DNA from: Kondoa subrosea
Lineage: Eukaryota
Length of the DNA: 64,000 nt
NCBI GenBank assembly: GCA_039545335.1
Contig: BCIN01000001.1
Coordinates: 3,537,136-3,601,135 of the forward strand
Direction: 5' to 3'
Positions 38,914 through 52,400 of this stretch are shown piece by piece. The notes beneath the pieces are model-generated. The model was not told the origin of the DNA. It did no database searches and worked only from the letters and a program-made list of their open reading frames with translations. Made by a program: the position numbers and the translations under genes. The first letter of the stretch is position 1, and the number at the start of each line of letters is the position of its first letter.

Positions 38914-40505
38914 TTAGACCTCTCTTGAAGCTGCCTTTGGTGTACGGGGAAGAGCTATTGATCTCATGAGCACAATCGCATTTAAAAGATAGCCTTGGAA
39001 CGAACCGCTTCTTGGGAATGAGCCCACTTGAAGAGCATGCAGTCGATCCCGGTACTCTTTGTTGATTGAGAGGGCATTTGGCTACGCAAAGGTTGCCGAA
39101 GAGAACCTCATTGTTGCCAGTACATTCCTGTCAAATTGTCAAATGTCAATAAAAAGTGGTATTCTTCGGGAGAGCATCTTACACATGAGATAGAGCCTGG
39201 TACGCGCGTGAAGCCATTGCTGCATTTTGCTGTGCAGACGTCTCCGAAGAGCAGCTCATTGTCGCCAGTGCATTCCTAAAAAAAGGTCAATAAACGGTAA
39301 AACGTGGCCCTCAAGAGGTACTTACACATGCAGTAGAGCCCGGCACGCGCGAGAACCCAGATTTACACTTGGTTACACACTGATCACCGAACTAAATGAA
39401 GCAGGCGTCAAAATACTGTCTAACAATGATATTTCTGACTTACCAGAACTTCTTTACCGCTAGAGCAGACACATGAATTGCTTGAAGCGTCGTAGGTAAA
39501 GCCTTTAGTGCAGGTATCGGTGCAAGTCGTCTTTCCGGGNNNNNNNNNNNNNNNNNNNNNNNNNNNNNNNNNNNNNNNNNNNNNNNNNNNNNNNNNNNNN
39601 NNNNNNNNNNNNNNNNNNNNNNNNNNNNNNNNNNNNNNNNNNNNNNNNNNNNNNNNNNNNNNNNNNNNNNNNNNNNNNNNNNNNNNNNNNNNNNNNNNNN
39701 NNNNNNNNNNNNNNNNNNNNNNNNNNNNNNNNNNNNNNNNNNNNNNNNNNNNNNNNNNNNNNNNNNNNNNNNNNNNNNNNNNNNNNNNNNNNNNNNNNNN
39801 NNNNNNNNNNNNNNNNNNNNNNNNGAGCAGACACATGAATTGCTTGAAGCGTCGTAGGTAAAGCCTTTAGTGCAGGTATCGGTGCAAGTCGTCTTTCCGG
39901 GCACTCTTTCTTCACCCAAGGGGCATTTTTCAACGCATTGATCACCAAACTATCATGTGCAAGCATGAGAAGGAGTCTAATGAAGATGTTTCTGACTCAC
40001 GAGAACTTCCTTGTTGCCAGTGCAGACACAAGAATTGCTTTGAGGGTCGTAAGTAAAGCCTTTTGTGCATTTATCGGTACAGGTTTCTTTGCCAGGTACC
40101 TGTTAGGCAACCATTGTATAAATTTAGCTCTATCAATCTATCATACACTAAACGCACTCTCTCTTCCCCCTCAGGGCATTTTGCAACGCATTTGTCGCCG
40201 AAGAGCAGATCTTGATCCGCAGTACATTTGATAACACACATGCCACCCACACATGTCTTCGCCGGGTCACTGCATGGCCAATAACTGCTGCACTCAGCTG
40301 AAGAACGTGGTCGCAGAGCACCCGCTGCTCGAGTAGATTTTCTGACTTTGGGGTTATATTGAGCTCTTTTGATTCTTGCGTAATCGTAAGAAGTTTTTTG
40401 ATTAGGGGTAGACTTCTTGTTTAAGGTGTTACCGCCAACGAATCCTGCACCGGAAACTTGAGAACAAAGGCTGAGAGCCAGAATGAATGAGATCGCCGCC
40501 TTCAT
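38914..40505 (-). CDS. Secreted cysteine-rich tandem-repeat protein (spans assembly gap; 3' end uncertain)
   Basis: Signal MKAAISFILALSLCSQVSG; at least 5 repeats of C-x6-LFG-xx-C-xx-KC-x5-RVPG-xxx-C. Confidence 0.8.
39540..39824. other. Assembly gap (285 N) flanked by identical 77-bp sequences
   Basis: 39463-39539 is identical to 39825-39901. Confidence 0.95.
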
Positions 40506-42875
40506 TCTTGATGATAAGGAACGAATGTGAAGTTGGGTCGTAAAGGATAATGGAGCTTTCAATGACGGAATAGGAGAAGCTTGGATAATGTATGAAAAAG
40601 GATAGTAGCCTCATCTTAGAGACTTTGGCTTCAGCCCGGTGCTGTCTCAAGGCTTCTGTCTCAGAACCCCTCGCGCACGGTGCGGATCAGACCCATGATC
40701 AGCATGAAAGACATATGCTTATTTTTACGTAGAGTCAATTATCGCAGCACGAGCCAGTCGAAACAAGCTTGCAAGACTTGCAAGACGAGGTGAGACGCAT
40801 CGGCATTTGATGCAGCAGCACGCGAATTCAAGAGCAAGAGATGCAAATAAAGATAGACTTATCGTGCTGATAACACGCGTGGTGAGCCGGTCTTTGTCGG
40901 CCGTCTTTGTACCTGAGAGCAGAGTACAAAGCATAGCAGAGACAGGTTCACCGAAGAAGAAGAGACATCAAACAAGTCCAGCCCGCCAATGCTCACTAGC
41001 GGCGGCCCAGCAGCCTTTGCCTGGACTAAGAGTCGGTAGCAACGTGGGCGTCAATTTGCTAAGCAAACGGATTGTTTAATGCGATTGACTCTAAGAAACT
41101 TTCCTGTGCTATCGCATCAGCAGCAAGCTGAAAGCTCAGCAGTGATATCAGGGCAGATGATCGGATTCTCCTGCTGTGGATGAGACCAGATGGCTGTTCG
41201 TGAAGGGACACATGAATTTGTTTTTTCGTCAAAACTCCGGCCTCTTCGTTGTTTGCGTCCGTTTGCCTCTGGAAGCATCGAGCATGGTGTACGCGCGATG
41301 CACTACTCAGGAAGAGATGGGGAGCATATTGCACATCTAGCTCGAATGCTTTGCGAGGAATTTTTGAAATTTGAAATGGGCCAAAGAACAAGAATGGCTA
41401 CAAATGTCTGGCGCTTGGGCTGAACGTAGGGAGATGTCCAGAAAGAGGGGTCTCTCCAAGCTTCGACATGTGGCTACGCTAGCATAAGAGGCTGCATCAC
41501 AAGCTATCTTTCCCAAAATCCTGCATACTTTGGCAAAGACCGCCCACGACAAAGCAGTCCATGTGCTTTCGTGTTAAGCAATGCATGGACTTGGAAACAG
41601 TCTAGCCTTCCACGACCCCCGGGACTGAAATTGACTACAAAAGTGGAGCAATATGTATGCTCCTTCTGATTTCTCGAGTAAGCTGCAAGTCTCTCAGCGA
41701 TATTCTTCACCAAAGAGGTTGCTGATATCTTGTGCAGTGGAGAGAATTCGAACTATGATCGACTTGCACTTCGTGTCTCTGCTTTGCAACTTACAGAACA
41801 TGCCATTCGGCACTCATCATCCCTCTTGGAACGGCAGGTCGCGATGACACTCGCTTCTACTGTCGATAGGAACATCTACTCAGTCGAGACCTCAAATCAA
41901 TCTTCTTGGACTTCTGGATTCTCTATTAACCAGCTATCGCCTGCCAACCCCAATTGGTGCCTCGCCCTGCGCTTCTTCTTTTCGCGAAATCTTGACGATC
42001 TTTCTCGAGGAGCTTATTGACAGGACTAAGGTCCACGTTAAAATAGAAGACTTGAATCACTCAGCCAATCTAGCTACGGACAGTTCCAAGTCGCTCCTGC
42101 TATTCTGAAAGCCATCTGCTCTCTCAATGATACCAGAACCTCGCAAGCGTTTAGCGTCCGGAACCTGGTCATCAGAAGTGGTGAAACCGTTCTTAGATCT
42201 AGCAAAATTGGCAGCGCTTGTTTCCAAAACGATAATCAATATTGTCTATAAATCGGGCAAAGAACACCCAGATCAGAGATTCAGGCGAATCGTGAGAAGG
42301 CAACATGTGTCGTCCGTGCTCTATGTGGACAGAGAGAAGTGGATCATAATGCCGGCAAACTTCATCGACAATATAAAATCTCTGGATGCTGTGTGTTCCT
42401 TCCTGTACTTCTGTACCTTTGTTCCAAGAGCTATACTACTGTGAGTTGGAAGGCGCGCTGGTGAAGCTGCTCTCTACGTTTGGCCGAAGAGCAAAGCGTA
42501 CTTGCAAAGAGTTGGATCTAGATACAAACAAGATTCAAATTGCGATGAGGTAGCAAAACCTGAGCTGTAAATCCTAGCTCGTGTTCATTGGGAAGACGAT
42601 GGAGGCTTGCTGGAGAGCCGAAGAAGACCGAGGCGTATTCACCTATTGACTCCCCTTTAAGTTTAATTCGAGTCCAGTTATAATGCTCGCAATACTGCGC
42701 GAGCAGGATTCTGTATTAGTATTCAGACTCGTGCGATAATTATTGCTGCAGCAACCCTTTTAGCCTTCGCGAGACCACTTACGTCCCCATATACTTCTTC
42801 TTCTTGTTGATCTCGAACAACGTGTTGTAACAAAGCTCGTATAAACTCCAGCTCCATTGCATTGCCTGATCAAAG

Positions 42876-44717
42876 ATGGATGGTTAGTAGCGTACACCAA
42901 TATGGCCGCATACAGCTCCTGATTTGAAAGCGCACAGAAACCTATGATGTTATTGTGTCAGCTCGCGCTCTCAGCTGCACTCAGAGGCTCTTGTACTTAC
43001 ACGAAATGCAGACTGGGCACTGGCCTGACTGTCAGCGCTTCAAGCTCCTTTCTTGCGAACATGAATTCTGAGCTTCATCATTATAGGAATGTATTCTCTC
43101 TGGTCTGCTCTCTGTAGAAGGCAAGAAGGTTCTGCACATGGATAGGAACGATTACTACGGTCCGTCAATCAATACAAGATGCTTCCTTTGAACTCATTAC
43201 AATCGCTGCATGCACAGGCGCCGAAAGTGCTAGTTTAAACTTAACACAGGTAAGCTGGAACACTTCATATACTGTATGCGCAACTGACGCTATTCCTGCA
43301 GCTGTATCAACGCTTCCGACCTGGCCAAGCACCTCCCACCAATCTGGGACGAGATCGAGATTGTGCGTACATTCAGCTGCTTTGTCCTTCTCAGCCTGAT
43401 TAGTCAATAGTTGCAATTGATCTTATCCCCAAATTCATGATGGCCAACGGAGAATTGACCAAGATGCTTGTTCACACTGATGTGACACGCTACATGGAGT
43501 TCAAGCAAATCTCTGGCTCATATGTGTACAGAACCGGTCGGGTCTCGAAAGTCCCAGCTACAGAAATGGAAGCTTTGAGATCACCTTTACTTGGCTTGTT
43601 TGAAAAGCGAAGAGCAAAGAACTTTATGCAATTTATTGCTGCTTACAAAGAAGATGATCCAGCTACTCATAACGGAGTCAAATTGGACTCTACTCTGATG
43701 AAAGACGTATACTACAAATATGGCCTCGAGGCTGGTACTCAAGATTTCGTCGGTCATGCTATGGCTTTACATTTGGACGATTCCTATCTCGACCGACCAC
43801 TGAGAGAAACTTACGAACGTATCATGCTCTACACTACCTCCATGGCCAGATATGGCAAATCTCCCTACATCTATCCTTTGTACGGTTTAGGTGAATTACC
43901 CCAAGGTTTCGCTCGGCTCTCAGCTATCTATGGAGGAACGTATATGTTGGACAAACAAGTGGATGAGATTGTGTACGACGAGAGCGGAAAGTTTGCCGGT
44001 GTTCGAAGTGGGGAAGAAACGGTGAAGGCAAAACAAGTAATTGGCGATCCGAGCTACTTCCTCAAGAGCAAGACCAAAGAGGGCGAAGAGAAGGTCTTTG
44101 AAGAAGGCAAAGTTGTTAGAGCAATTTGCCTGCTGAAACATCCTATTCCTTCAACCGATGACAGCGACTCGGTGCAACTCATCATCCCTCAGAATCAAGT
44201 GGGACGCAAGCATGGTAGGTCCTATGCTTATCCGACTCGGATACAACTGAACAGGCTTGTCTCGACAGATATTTACGTTACGGAAGTTTCGCACAACCAC
44301 AATGTTACACCTCAGAATCTCTATGTCGCCATGGTCTCTACCATAGTCGAAACATCTACACCTGAACTAGAGCTAGAACCAGGGTACAAGCTCTTGGGTC
44401 CTATTTTCGAGAAGTGAGTCATTCATTTGCTTACGGTATGTGCAGGCGCCTAACCAGGTATGGCTAGATTCGTCTCCATCTCTTCTATCTATTCTCCATC
44501 TGACTCTGGATCAAGAGATAACGTCTTCGTCACTCGATCATACGATGCTACAAGTCATTTCGAGTGAGTTTCGGCTCGAAGCTGTTCTGATCGCTCTTAC
44601 TTACTCTTTTTCGTCAGGACCGTAACCGACGACGTGAAAGATGTCTGGAGAAGAGTTACCGGAGAAGAACTAGTGCTGAAGAAAAGAGAAGGAGCAGGCA
44701 TTGAAGCGCAAGAATGA
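42876..44717 (+). CDS. GDI1: Rab GDP-dissociation inhibitor
   Basis: Spliced [73 protein letters not shown]. Confidence 0.97.
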
Positions 44718-44752
44718 TTTTGACCTGAGGTTCTGGAGCTTTGATCCGTTTG

Positions 44753-45696
44753 TCACTCGCTTGTAATATTCTGCTTCTCTTTGCATTGCATTTGTTCCAG
44801 CCAAGCTCTTTCTTCTTCATTCAGCTGCTTTCGTTTTTGTTTTTGGAGCGAGTGACTCCAAGGCGACAGAATAATCTTGTTGCCTTCGATCACTGGTGCT
44901 CGGTCCAACAGAATACGAGCCCGTCTTATAATGGATCTCTGAGGTACGACACATCGCTCAGGTCTTGCGAATTCGCCTGAAGCCAAGTTTTCTAGACTCT
45001 TCAGATGCGAGTCAGGTAGTGGTGGAAGAACTCTTGCTACCATTTCACGATGCCACCAACGTTTCAGGAGGCGTTGTTTCATTCGCGCGGATAGTGGGCG
45101 CTGTAATACCAGATCTCGAGCAGGTAAAGATGGACCATTCGCAACGAGCTTCGGCGAAGGATGAGCAAGAGGGGACTTCAGAAGAAGATGCGGGACTGGA
45201 AAGATGGGTTCACACTTGACGAAAGGCTGTTCCGGCAGAGTCTTTCATAGCTATTGACTGGTAGACGTGATTAGACTCACTTTGAGCAACTCTTCTCGCC
45301 TGAAACCAGTGCGGCCATACATCAGATCCATAATGCAGGTGATGCTGTCCTTCTTGAGCTTGACAGCCTTGGCCAAAATGACTCTGAGCTGATTCAGAAC
45401 GTGTGACTAAGCAATCGCTTTGGACGAATCTGAGCAAGATCTGAGCCTCTCTTTACCTCTTCAGCCTCTTGCTTTGCGCTTTCTTGCTTGCCAACCTTTC
45501 CATCCTTCAACCTAGGACGGAATAGGTGCTTGATTCTTTCCCGCAGTACTGCACTGTTGATTGACCAAAATTCATGAAATTGCTTTTCCGCGTCTTCCCA
45601 TGCTTACTTTGCCTTGGGATCGGGAAGCACGCGTCGTTCCAGTCGAATACTCAGTCTGATAAGTTGTCTATACTGAGATCTTGCGTTCGCCAACAT
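44753..45696 (-). CDS. LYR-motif mitochondrial protein (Cup1-like)
   Basis: Spliced MLANARSQYRQLIRLS...LRERIKHLFR...LMYGRTGFRREELLK...LKRWWH...VLPPLP. Confidence 0.65.
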
Positions 45697-46185
45697 GATT
45701 TGACCACCGCCTTTAATTTACATTATTCGTTCTCACGCTCAACAATTAGTGTTTGTATGTTTGTATGTACTGTATATACCAAGCTCCACGCTATACTACA
45801 ATACTCACGCTCGCACGGTTATCCGCTTTCTATCGTGTCGACCGGGGCCTGAAGCTTTGGAGAAAGTCTCAGCTGCTATTCCTTGGCACCAAGGCTTTTT
45901 AGCTCATTTGAGCTGGCTGTTCTGGCTCAAAAGGCATAGCGCTCTGTCTGCAATGAGTAGCAAAGTATGCTGGGAAATTTCAGAGTAATTGCCCAATCAT
46001 TTTCATCATCTCCTTCAAATGTCCCGCTTTGCAAAGACGGGGTTTATCGTTCAAAGTCTTGGCCATCATGTGATGTCTCCTTCTCTTTGCTCTCTTTTTA
46101 CCTTATCTCTTCTTTCAGCAAACCACCTACTTTGCTAGTTTCCTCGAATCTAAGATACCTCAATTGCTCAAAGCGGTATCGCAAA

Positions 46186-48996
46186 ATGGCTGATTACGAT
46201 ATCGAGAAGAAGGGACATCTCAACTCACCGCCTGAGGTGAGCCAGTATTGTTATAAGCGCTTACCACAACTTACTCACCGTCTCTCACAGGGTGTCAATG
46301 TGTACACAGAGGGTATGCCGTAATCTGTTAGGCTTTGGCGATCTCCTGATGTTCAGCGGGGACTAGATGCCGCAATTTACGATCCATCTCTCGAAAGTCG
46401 ATGGACCAGGTGTGTGATGCGATGCGTTCTACAAGTCCAAACCTTACCGAATTCTGTTTTCAGATGGGGAATCAGCCCTGAAAGCTTCAAGACTGCTCCT
46501 GGCTATACTCAGACCTAGTACGTCAGCAGACTTAAAGAGCCTGGAGTAAAATCTGATACAGAATCTCAGTGTCAATGGCGAGAAGCTTGGAGCCGTTAAA
46601 GGCAGCACTATGCTTCAGCATAAATTCAAAAACAGACATTTACAGTGGGCCGCTCTTTTTTATCTGATCTGAATCCTTTGCTCAATGACATATCGCATCA
46701 GAATGATCGCTGTGGGTGGATCGATCGGAACTGGGCTTTTCATCGGTTCTGGCGGGGCTCTGCGACGTGGAGGGTAAGCATCGATATTAGCTGTTCGAAA
46801 TCAAGCTGATCGAGTCCTGCAGACCTGGCGGTATTCTGATTGTCAGTTTCGCTCTATCTGATGCGGGAGAAGAACTCACAGTCTGCGTAGTGTTGGATTA
46901 TCATGGGTCTCATGTTGATCTCCACTGTTCAGTGAGTTCTGAATATACCTTGAAATCGAAGGCTTGCTTACCTTGCGACAGAAACATCGGAGAAATGGCT
47001 ATCAGTGAGTGACATGCACAGTCTCTACTATTGTGCTGAAGCCTCTCCAGTGTACCCTGTCACTGGTGGTTTCTATACTCTTGTCTCTCGCTTCATTGAT
47101 CCTTCATGGGTTGGTCAATTTTCTGCTGCGCTTTTAGCAGTAGCTGACTTGCTATTCAGGGATTCGCTATGGGCTGGAATTATGTTGCACAATGGGCTGT
47201 CGTCTTGCCATTAGAACTCACCGCTGCTGCTTTCACACTCCAATATTGGGACAAAGAAGGAAGCGTCAGCATTGCCGTCTGGATTACTGTCTTCTTCATT
47301 GTGAGTTCAGACCGCAAAGACAAGTGTAGCCTAGCTAAATCCACGCAGATAATTTTGCTGCTCAATTTGTCGCCGGCTGGTTTCGCTGAAGAAGAGTTCT
47401 GGACTAGTTGCTTGAAGCTGCTCGTTGTTACCATCTTTCTACTTGCGTCTTTCGTCTTCACTCTCGGTGGAGGTCCAGCGAGCGGTCAATTCGGCGATTA
47501 TTGGGGTGCTCGCAAGTGAGTCACACTCAGGCTGTTCAAAATGGCCAAGATTGACCCTATTTAATAGCTTCCACGATCCTGGCTCTTTCGCTAATGGCTT
47601 CAAGGGTGTCTGCAGTGTTTTCGTCACCGCCGCTTTCTCATATGCTGGAACCGAATTGGTCGGTCTCGCTGCAACCGAACATCCAAATCCAAGGAAAGCT
47701 CTGCCTTCGGCCTGCAAAATGACCTTCTGGCGAGTGTCTTTCATCTACATCATGTCCCTCCTCTTCATCGGTCTCCTGGTTCGCTACGATGATCCTAACC
47801 TTATCGGTGGATCTTACGATGCCAACACTTCGCCTTTCGTCCGAGTTTTTGCCCTTGCCAATGTTCCCGGTCTCGACCACTTGTTGAATGCCACCATCAC
47901 GATTTCGGTGTTATCAATTGGCATGTCCTGTGTCTATGCTGGATCTAGAACTTTGATGGCCCTTGCTGAACAAGGATATGCACCTCGATTCTTCGCAAAG
48001 GTGGACAAAGCTGGTCGACCTCTGTGGTCTGGTACGTCTTTGAATGGCAATGGCATGATCTTTATTTCGCTAATTGTATGTGGCTCAAGTCGTTTTCATT
48101 CTGGCTTTCTACCCTATCGCATACGCCAACGTAGCTGATGTTGGTACATCTATTTTCGATTGGCTCCTTGCTCTATCTGGACTTTCAACTATTGTAACCT
48201 GGCTTTCAATCAATGTTGCGCACTTGCGTTTCAGAGCTGCTTGGAAAGCACAAGGTCACTCTTTAGATGGTAGGCATTCCCTTCTACGTGAGCAACATCA
48301 CTCTGACGCTTGTATACAGAATTGCCATTCCGCGTAAGTTTTTATCGAAGGCATTGCTCCACAATACAGTTTGCTCACTCATACGCAGGCTTTTGGCGGC
48401 ATTTACGGAACATGGCTCGCAATCATCATTCTAGTGCTCGTGCTCATCGCTCAGTTCTACATTGCTATCTTCCCCATTGGCGGATCGTTATCGTAAGTTA
48501 TAAACTTCTGCAAACCTTCCTTTTACCTGGCTTACCTTTTACTTATAGCGGCGCTGATGCGGCCAACAACTTTTTCCTGGCATAGTGAGTTCTTGCAAAG
48601 CTGTGGGATTTGTCAGTACTGATCTTTTCGCCAGTCTTGCTATTCCTGTCATGCTTGTACGCAAAGTGTTCGCTTATATTGCTCGTATTTAAGTGCTCTT
48701 TAGCTCTTCTACATCATCGGCGTTGTGTGGAAGCGAACACGACCTTTCAAGGCCCATGAAATCGAGTAAGTTACGAGACGCTGGTATAATGCTTCGGATT
48801 ACTTATATTCTGTTGTCATTCAGCCTGGTCACCGGCCGCAAGTGCTTCGCGACCGCCGAAGGTCAGTTACCTTGCTTCATGCTCGATTTCGCCCACTGAG
48901 ACCGTTACTTTCGCAGAGCTTAACGCAGAAAGAGCAGCTGTCAAGGCTCTCCCACCGATCAAGCGTGTGCTACATGCGCTCTTTGGCTACCAATAG
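46186..48996 (+). CDS. Amino acid permease (APC/YAT family, Gap1-like), copy 1
   Basis: [70 protein letters not shown]. Very intron-rich. Confidence 0.95.
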
Positions 48997-49456
48997 AAGG
49001 GAGGGCTGGTTGTTTCAGAGTATATTGTACTAATCAGGCCTGAGGAACGCAAAATGTCAAACTCGTGGATGTCATCTCCATGTACTGCACCTGGCGCAGC
49101 TACAATCTTTCAGTCGCTCTACATGCTCCACTTCTTTTTGCCTGTCTTCTTTCCCTTGTCGATATCGTTGCGATATTTTCTTCGTTCTTATAGTATCCTG
49201 TCTCGCTTCGGCCCTTTCCTCATGTTCCGCCGAGGGCGCTATGTGCTATCGGCTTGGCACAGCAGAATGACCATACATTAGTTGCGTTCATGCAGTGCAA
49301 GGAATCACAAGTTTCGTCGGGTCATTCCTTTATCTACCCCGCAATCCGGCAAGTAAGCAGGCAAAGTTTCTGGTCTATTCCTGTTCTTATTACGCACAAC
49401 GACTTTTGCCCCTTATCAGCCTGTGCCACATAGCCCGCAAGAGCTGAGAAGTTAGA

Positions 49457-52400
49457 ATGGTGGACTATGATATCGAGAAGAAAGGGCATTTGAATTCGCC
49501 GCCCGAAGTATGAAATTTTTATATTCCTTATTGCACAAAGGGGCTGAAAGTGAGGTACAACAGGGCGTAAACGTATACACAGAAGGTTTGCATTCTCTCT
49601 GTTTAGAGGAATGCCGGTGTTTATTCAACGATTTGGTGAACAGATGCGGAAATTTATGATCCCTCGCTTGAGAGCAAATGGACTCGATGGGGCCTTACGC
49701 CAGAGTCCTTCAAGACTGCTCCTGGATTCACGCAAAGCTAGTAAGTCGCTCGTCGGTGAAAATGACGATTCGGCCTAAAGAAAGCTAATTCCTTGCAAAG
49801 TGCTAACGGGGATGAGAAAACGGGCGCGATCCACGGCAATACCATGCTTCAGCACAAATTCAAGAACAGACATTTACAGTATGGTTGATCGGTTTATGTG
49901 CGGTTTTTGGCGACTGACTACTTTTCTTTGCGGTTTGACAGAATGATTGCTGTGGGCGGAAGCATTGGGACAGGTGCGATCATTGAATTAAAACTTTCTT
50001 CGCGTTTTGATAGAATAATTAATGCAGGTTTTTTCATTGGTTTGTCTCTACGGGTTCAGTAGCAATCGTTCGCTCATGACTATGCCTCTTGACTGCGATA
50101 GGTTCTGGAAGTGCTTTAAGATCGTTAGTGACTTCATCTTCTTGCGGTGAAATGAATCACTTATGTTGCCTATAGAGGAGGGTCAGTGTTGCGGTTCACG
50201 GAAAGCTCAATACTTACATGCTCATAGTCCCGGTGGTATCTTGATTGCATGGATCATCATGGTACGTCTTGCTGCGTCAATTCTTGCTATCTAGGTTCTT
50301 ATATCCGTATTCTTAGGGTATAATGTTGATTTCGACTGTGCAAGTGAGTTAAGGTCTTTACATCCCGTGTTTCGTTGACCCGAATACTTGCGTCAGAATA
50401 TTGGTGTAAGTTGGCATGTTGCCACACAGAGATAAACTCACCGCGGTTTGCTCTTCAGGAAATGGCTATCAGTGAGCCGATGTCCTCGGGTTTTTGAGCT
50501 TGAACTGAACCCATACGTACAGTGTATCCTGTTACTGGAGGTTTCTACACGCTTGTCTCACGATTTATCGATCCTGCTTGGGTAATTTCCTTGTTCCTTC
50601 ATGATTGCCATTGCCAGCGCTGAATAATGCTGTGCTTCTCAGGGTTTTGCTATGGGATGGAACTATGCTGCTCAATGGGCTGTTGTCTTGCCTTTGGAAC
50701 TAACTGCTGCCGGATTCACAATACAATTTTGGGACAAGGACAAGAGTGTCAGCATCGCTGTCTGGATCACCATCTTTTTCATCGTAAGTCATAGTTAGCA
50801 TTCAATCTGGCCGTTGCTGATGCAATTGGTCCGCCAGGTTATTCTCCTTCTCAATCTCAACCCCACAGGTTACGCCGAAGAAGAATTCTGGACAAGTTGC
50901 TTGAAACTGCTCATTATCAGCATTTTCTTATCGGCTGCCTTCATTTTCACTCTTGGTGGAGGTCCTTCTGACGGTGAATACGGCTCGTATTGGGGTGCTC
51001 GCACGTAAGCTTTTCGATTGCAACTCATCCAACGTGGCTGACACGAGAAGAAAGCTTTTATAATCCAGGAGCCTTCCGTGAGTTAGAAACGCCCGGATCT
51101 CTCTTATCACTGATGCCTACTTCTCTAAAGCCAATGGATTCAAGGGCTTATGTAGTGTCTTCGTGACCGCCGCTTTCTCGTATGCTGGAACTGAGCTGGT
51201 CGGTCTTGCCGCCACCGAACACCCAAATCCAAGGAAAGCTCTGCCTTCGGCCTGCAAAATGACGTTTTGGAGAGTCTCCTTCATCTACATTATGTCTCTT
51301 CTCTTCATCGGTATTTTGGTCCGATCAGACGATCCAAATTTGATTGGCGGATCTTATGATGCAAACACTTCGCCTTTCGTCCGTGTCTTCGTGTTGGCTG
51401 GCGTAAAAGGTCTTGATCACGTGCTAAACGCCACAATCACTATTTCGGTTCTGAGCATAGGAATGTCTTGTGTCTACGCTGGATCTAGAACTTTGATGGC
51501 CCTTGCTGAACAAGGATATGCACCTCGATTCTTCGCAAAGGTAGACAAGGCTGGTCGACCACTTTGGTCTGGTATGCCTTGCTCTCATACAACGTGTCGC
51601 TGTCTTAATATTTCTGTGCAGTCGTCGCAATTCTCGCTTTCTACCCTATCGCCTATGTCAATCTGGCGGACGTTGGAACTGTGAGGAAGATGAAACTCTC
51701 GTTGATTGATCAGCTAATGCATTGACCGTGGACAGACTCTCTTCAATTGGCTGCTTGCTTTGTCTGGACTTTCAACCATCGTCACTTGGCTCTCGATCAA
51801 TGTCGCCTACCTTCGATTCCGAGCAGCATGGAAAGCACAAGGGCATCACGTCGATGGTAAGCGCGCCTTACGTTATGTGTACTGGTTGTTGATGCGTTCC
51901 TTGCAGAATTACCTTTCCGCGTATGTTGCAGCATCATCGCGTTACCGACGGTACCTCATATGGGTTACAGGCACTCGGTGGTATCTGGGGTGCTTGGCTT
52001 GCTATAATCATTCTCGTTCTTGTGCTCATCGCCCAATTCTACATTGCCGTATGTTTAGCCTACAGTCTGTCTAGTGTTCTTCTGACCACCTCTATGCTTG
52101 TAGATCTTCCCCATTGGCGGAACTCTGTCCGGAGCTGATGCTGCAGAGAGCTTCTTCTTGGCATAGTATGTCGTTTCAGGACTCTATGATGTTTCAGCCG
52201 GCTGACTCAAGCCTTCCAGTCTTGCTATTCCGGTCATGCTCGTGCGTGTCTATGCTATACATCATTCCTTTTACAGAATGCTAATGCTATGCCCTATAGC
52301 TGTTCTATATTGTTGGCGTTTTATGGAAACGAACACGTCCTCTGAAAGCTTCTGAGATCGAGTAAATATCCTTGTTTTCAATCTTAGCGCGTTAGCTCAT

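Noticed and set aside
39420..39966. ORFs with long X runs
   Set aside because: Artefacts of the N gap.
46102..49417. CTTATC (GATA) sites just upstream of both permease ATGs (46102, 49412)
   Set aside because: Six-mers expected by chance and probably within 5' UTRs; insufficient to claim nitrogen regulation.
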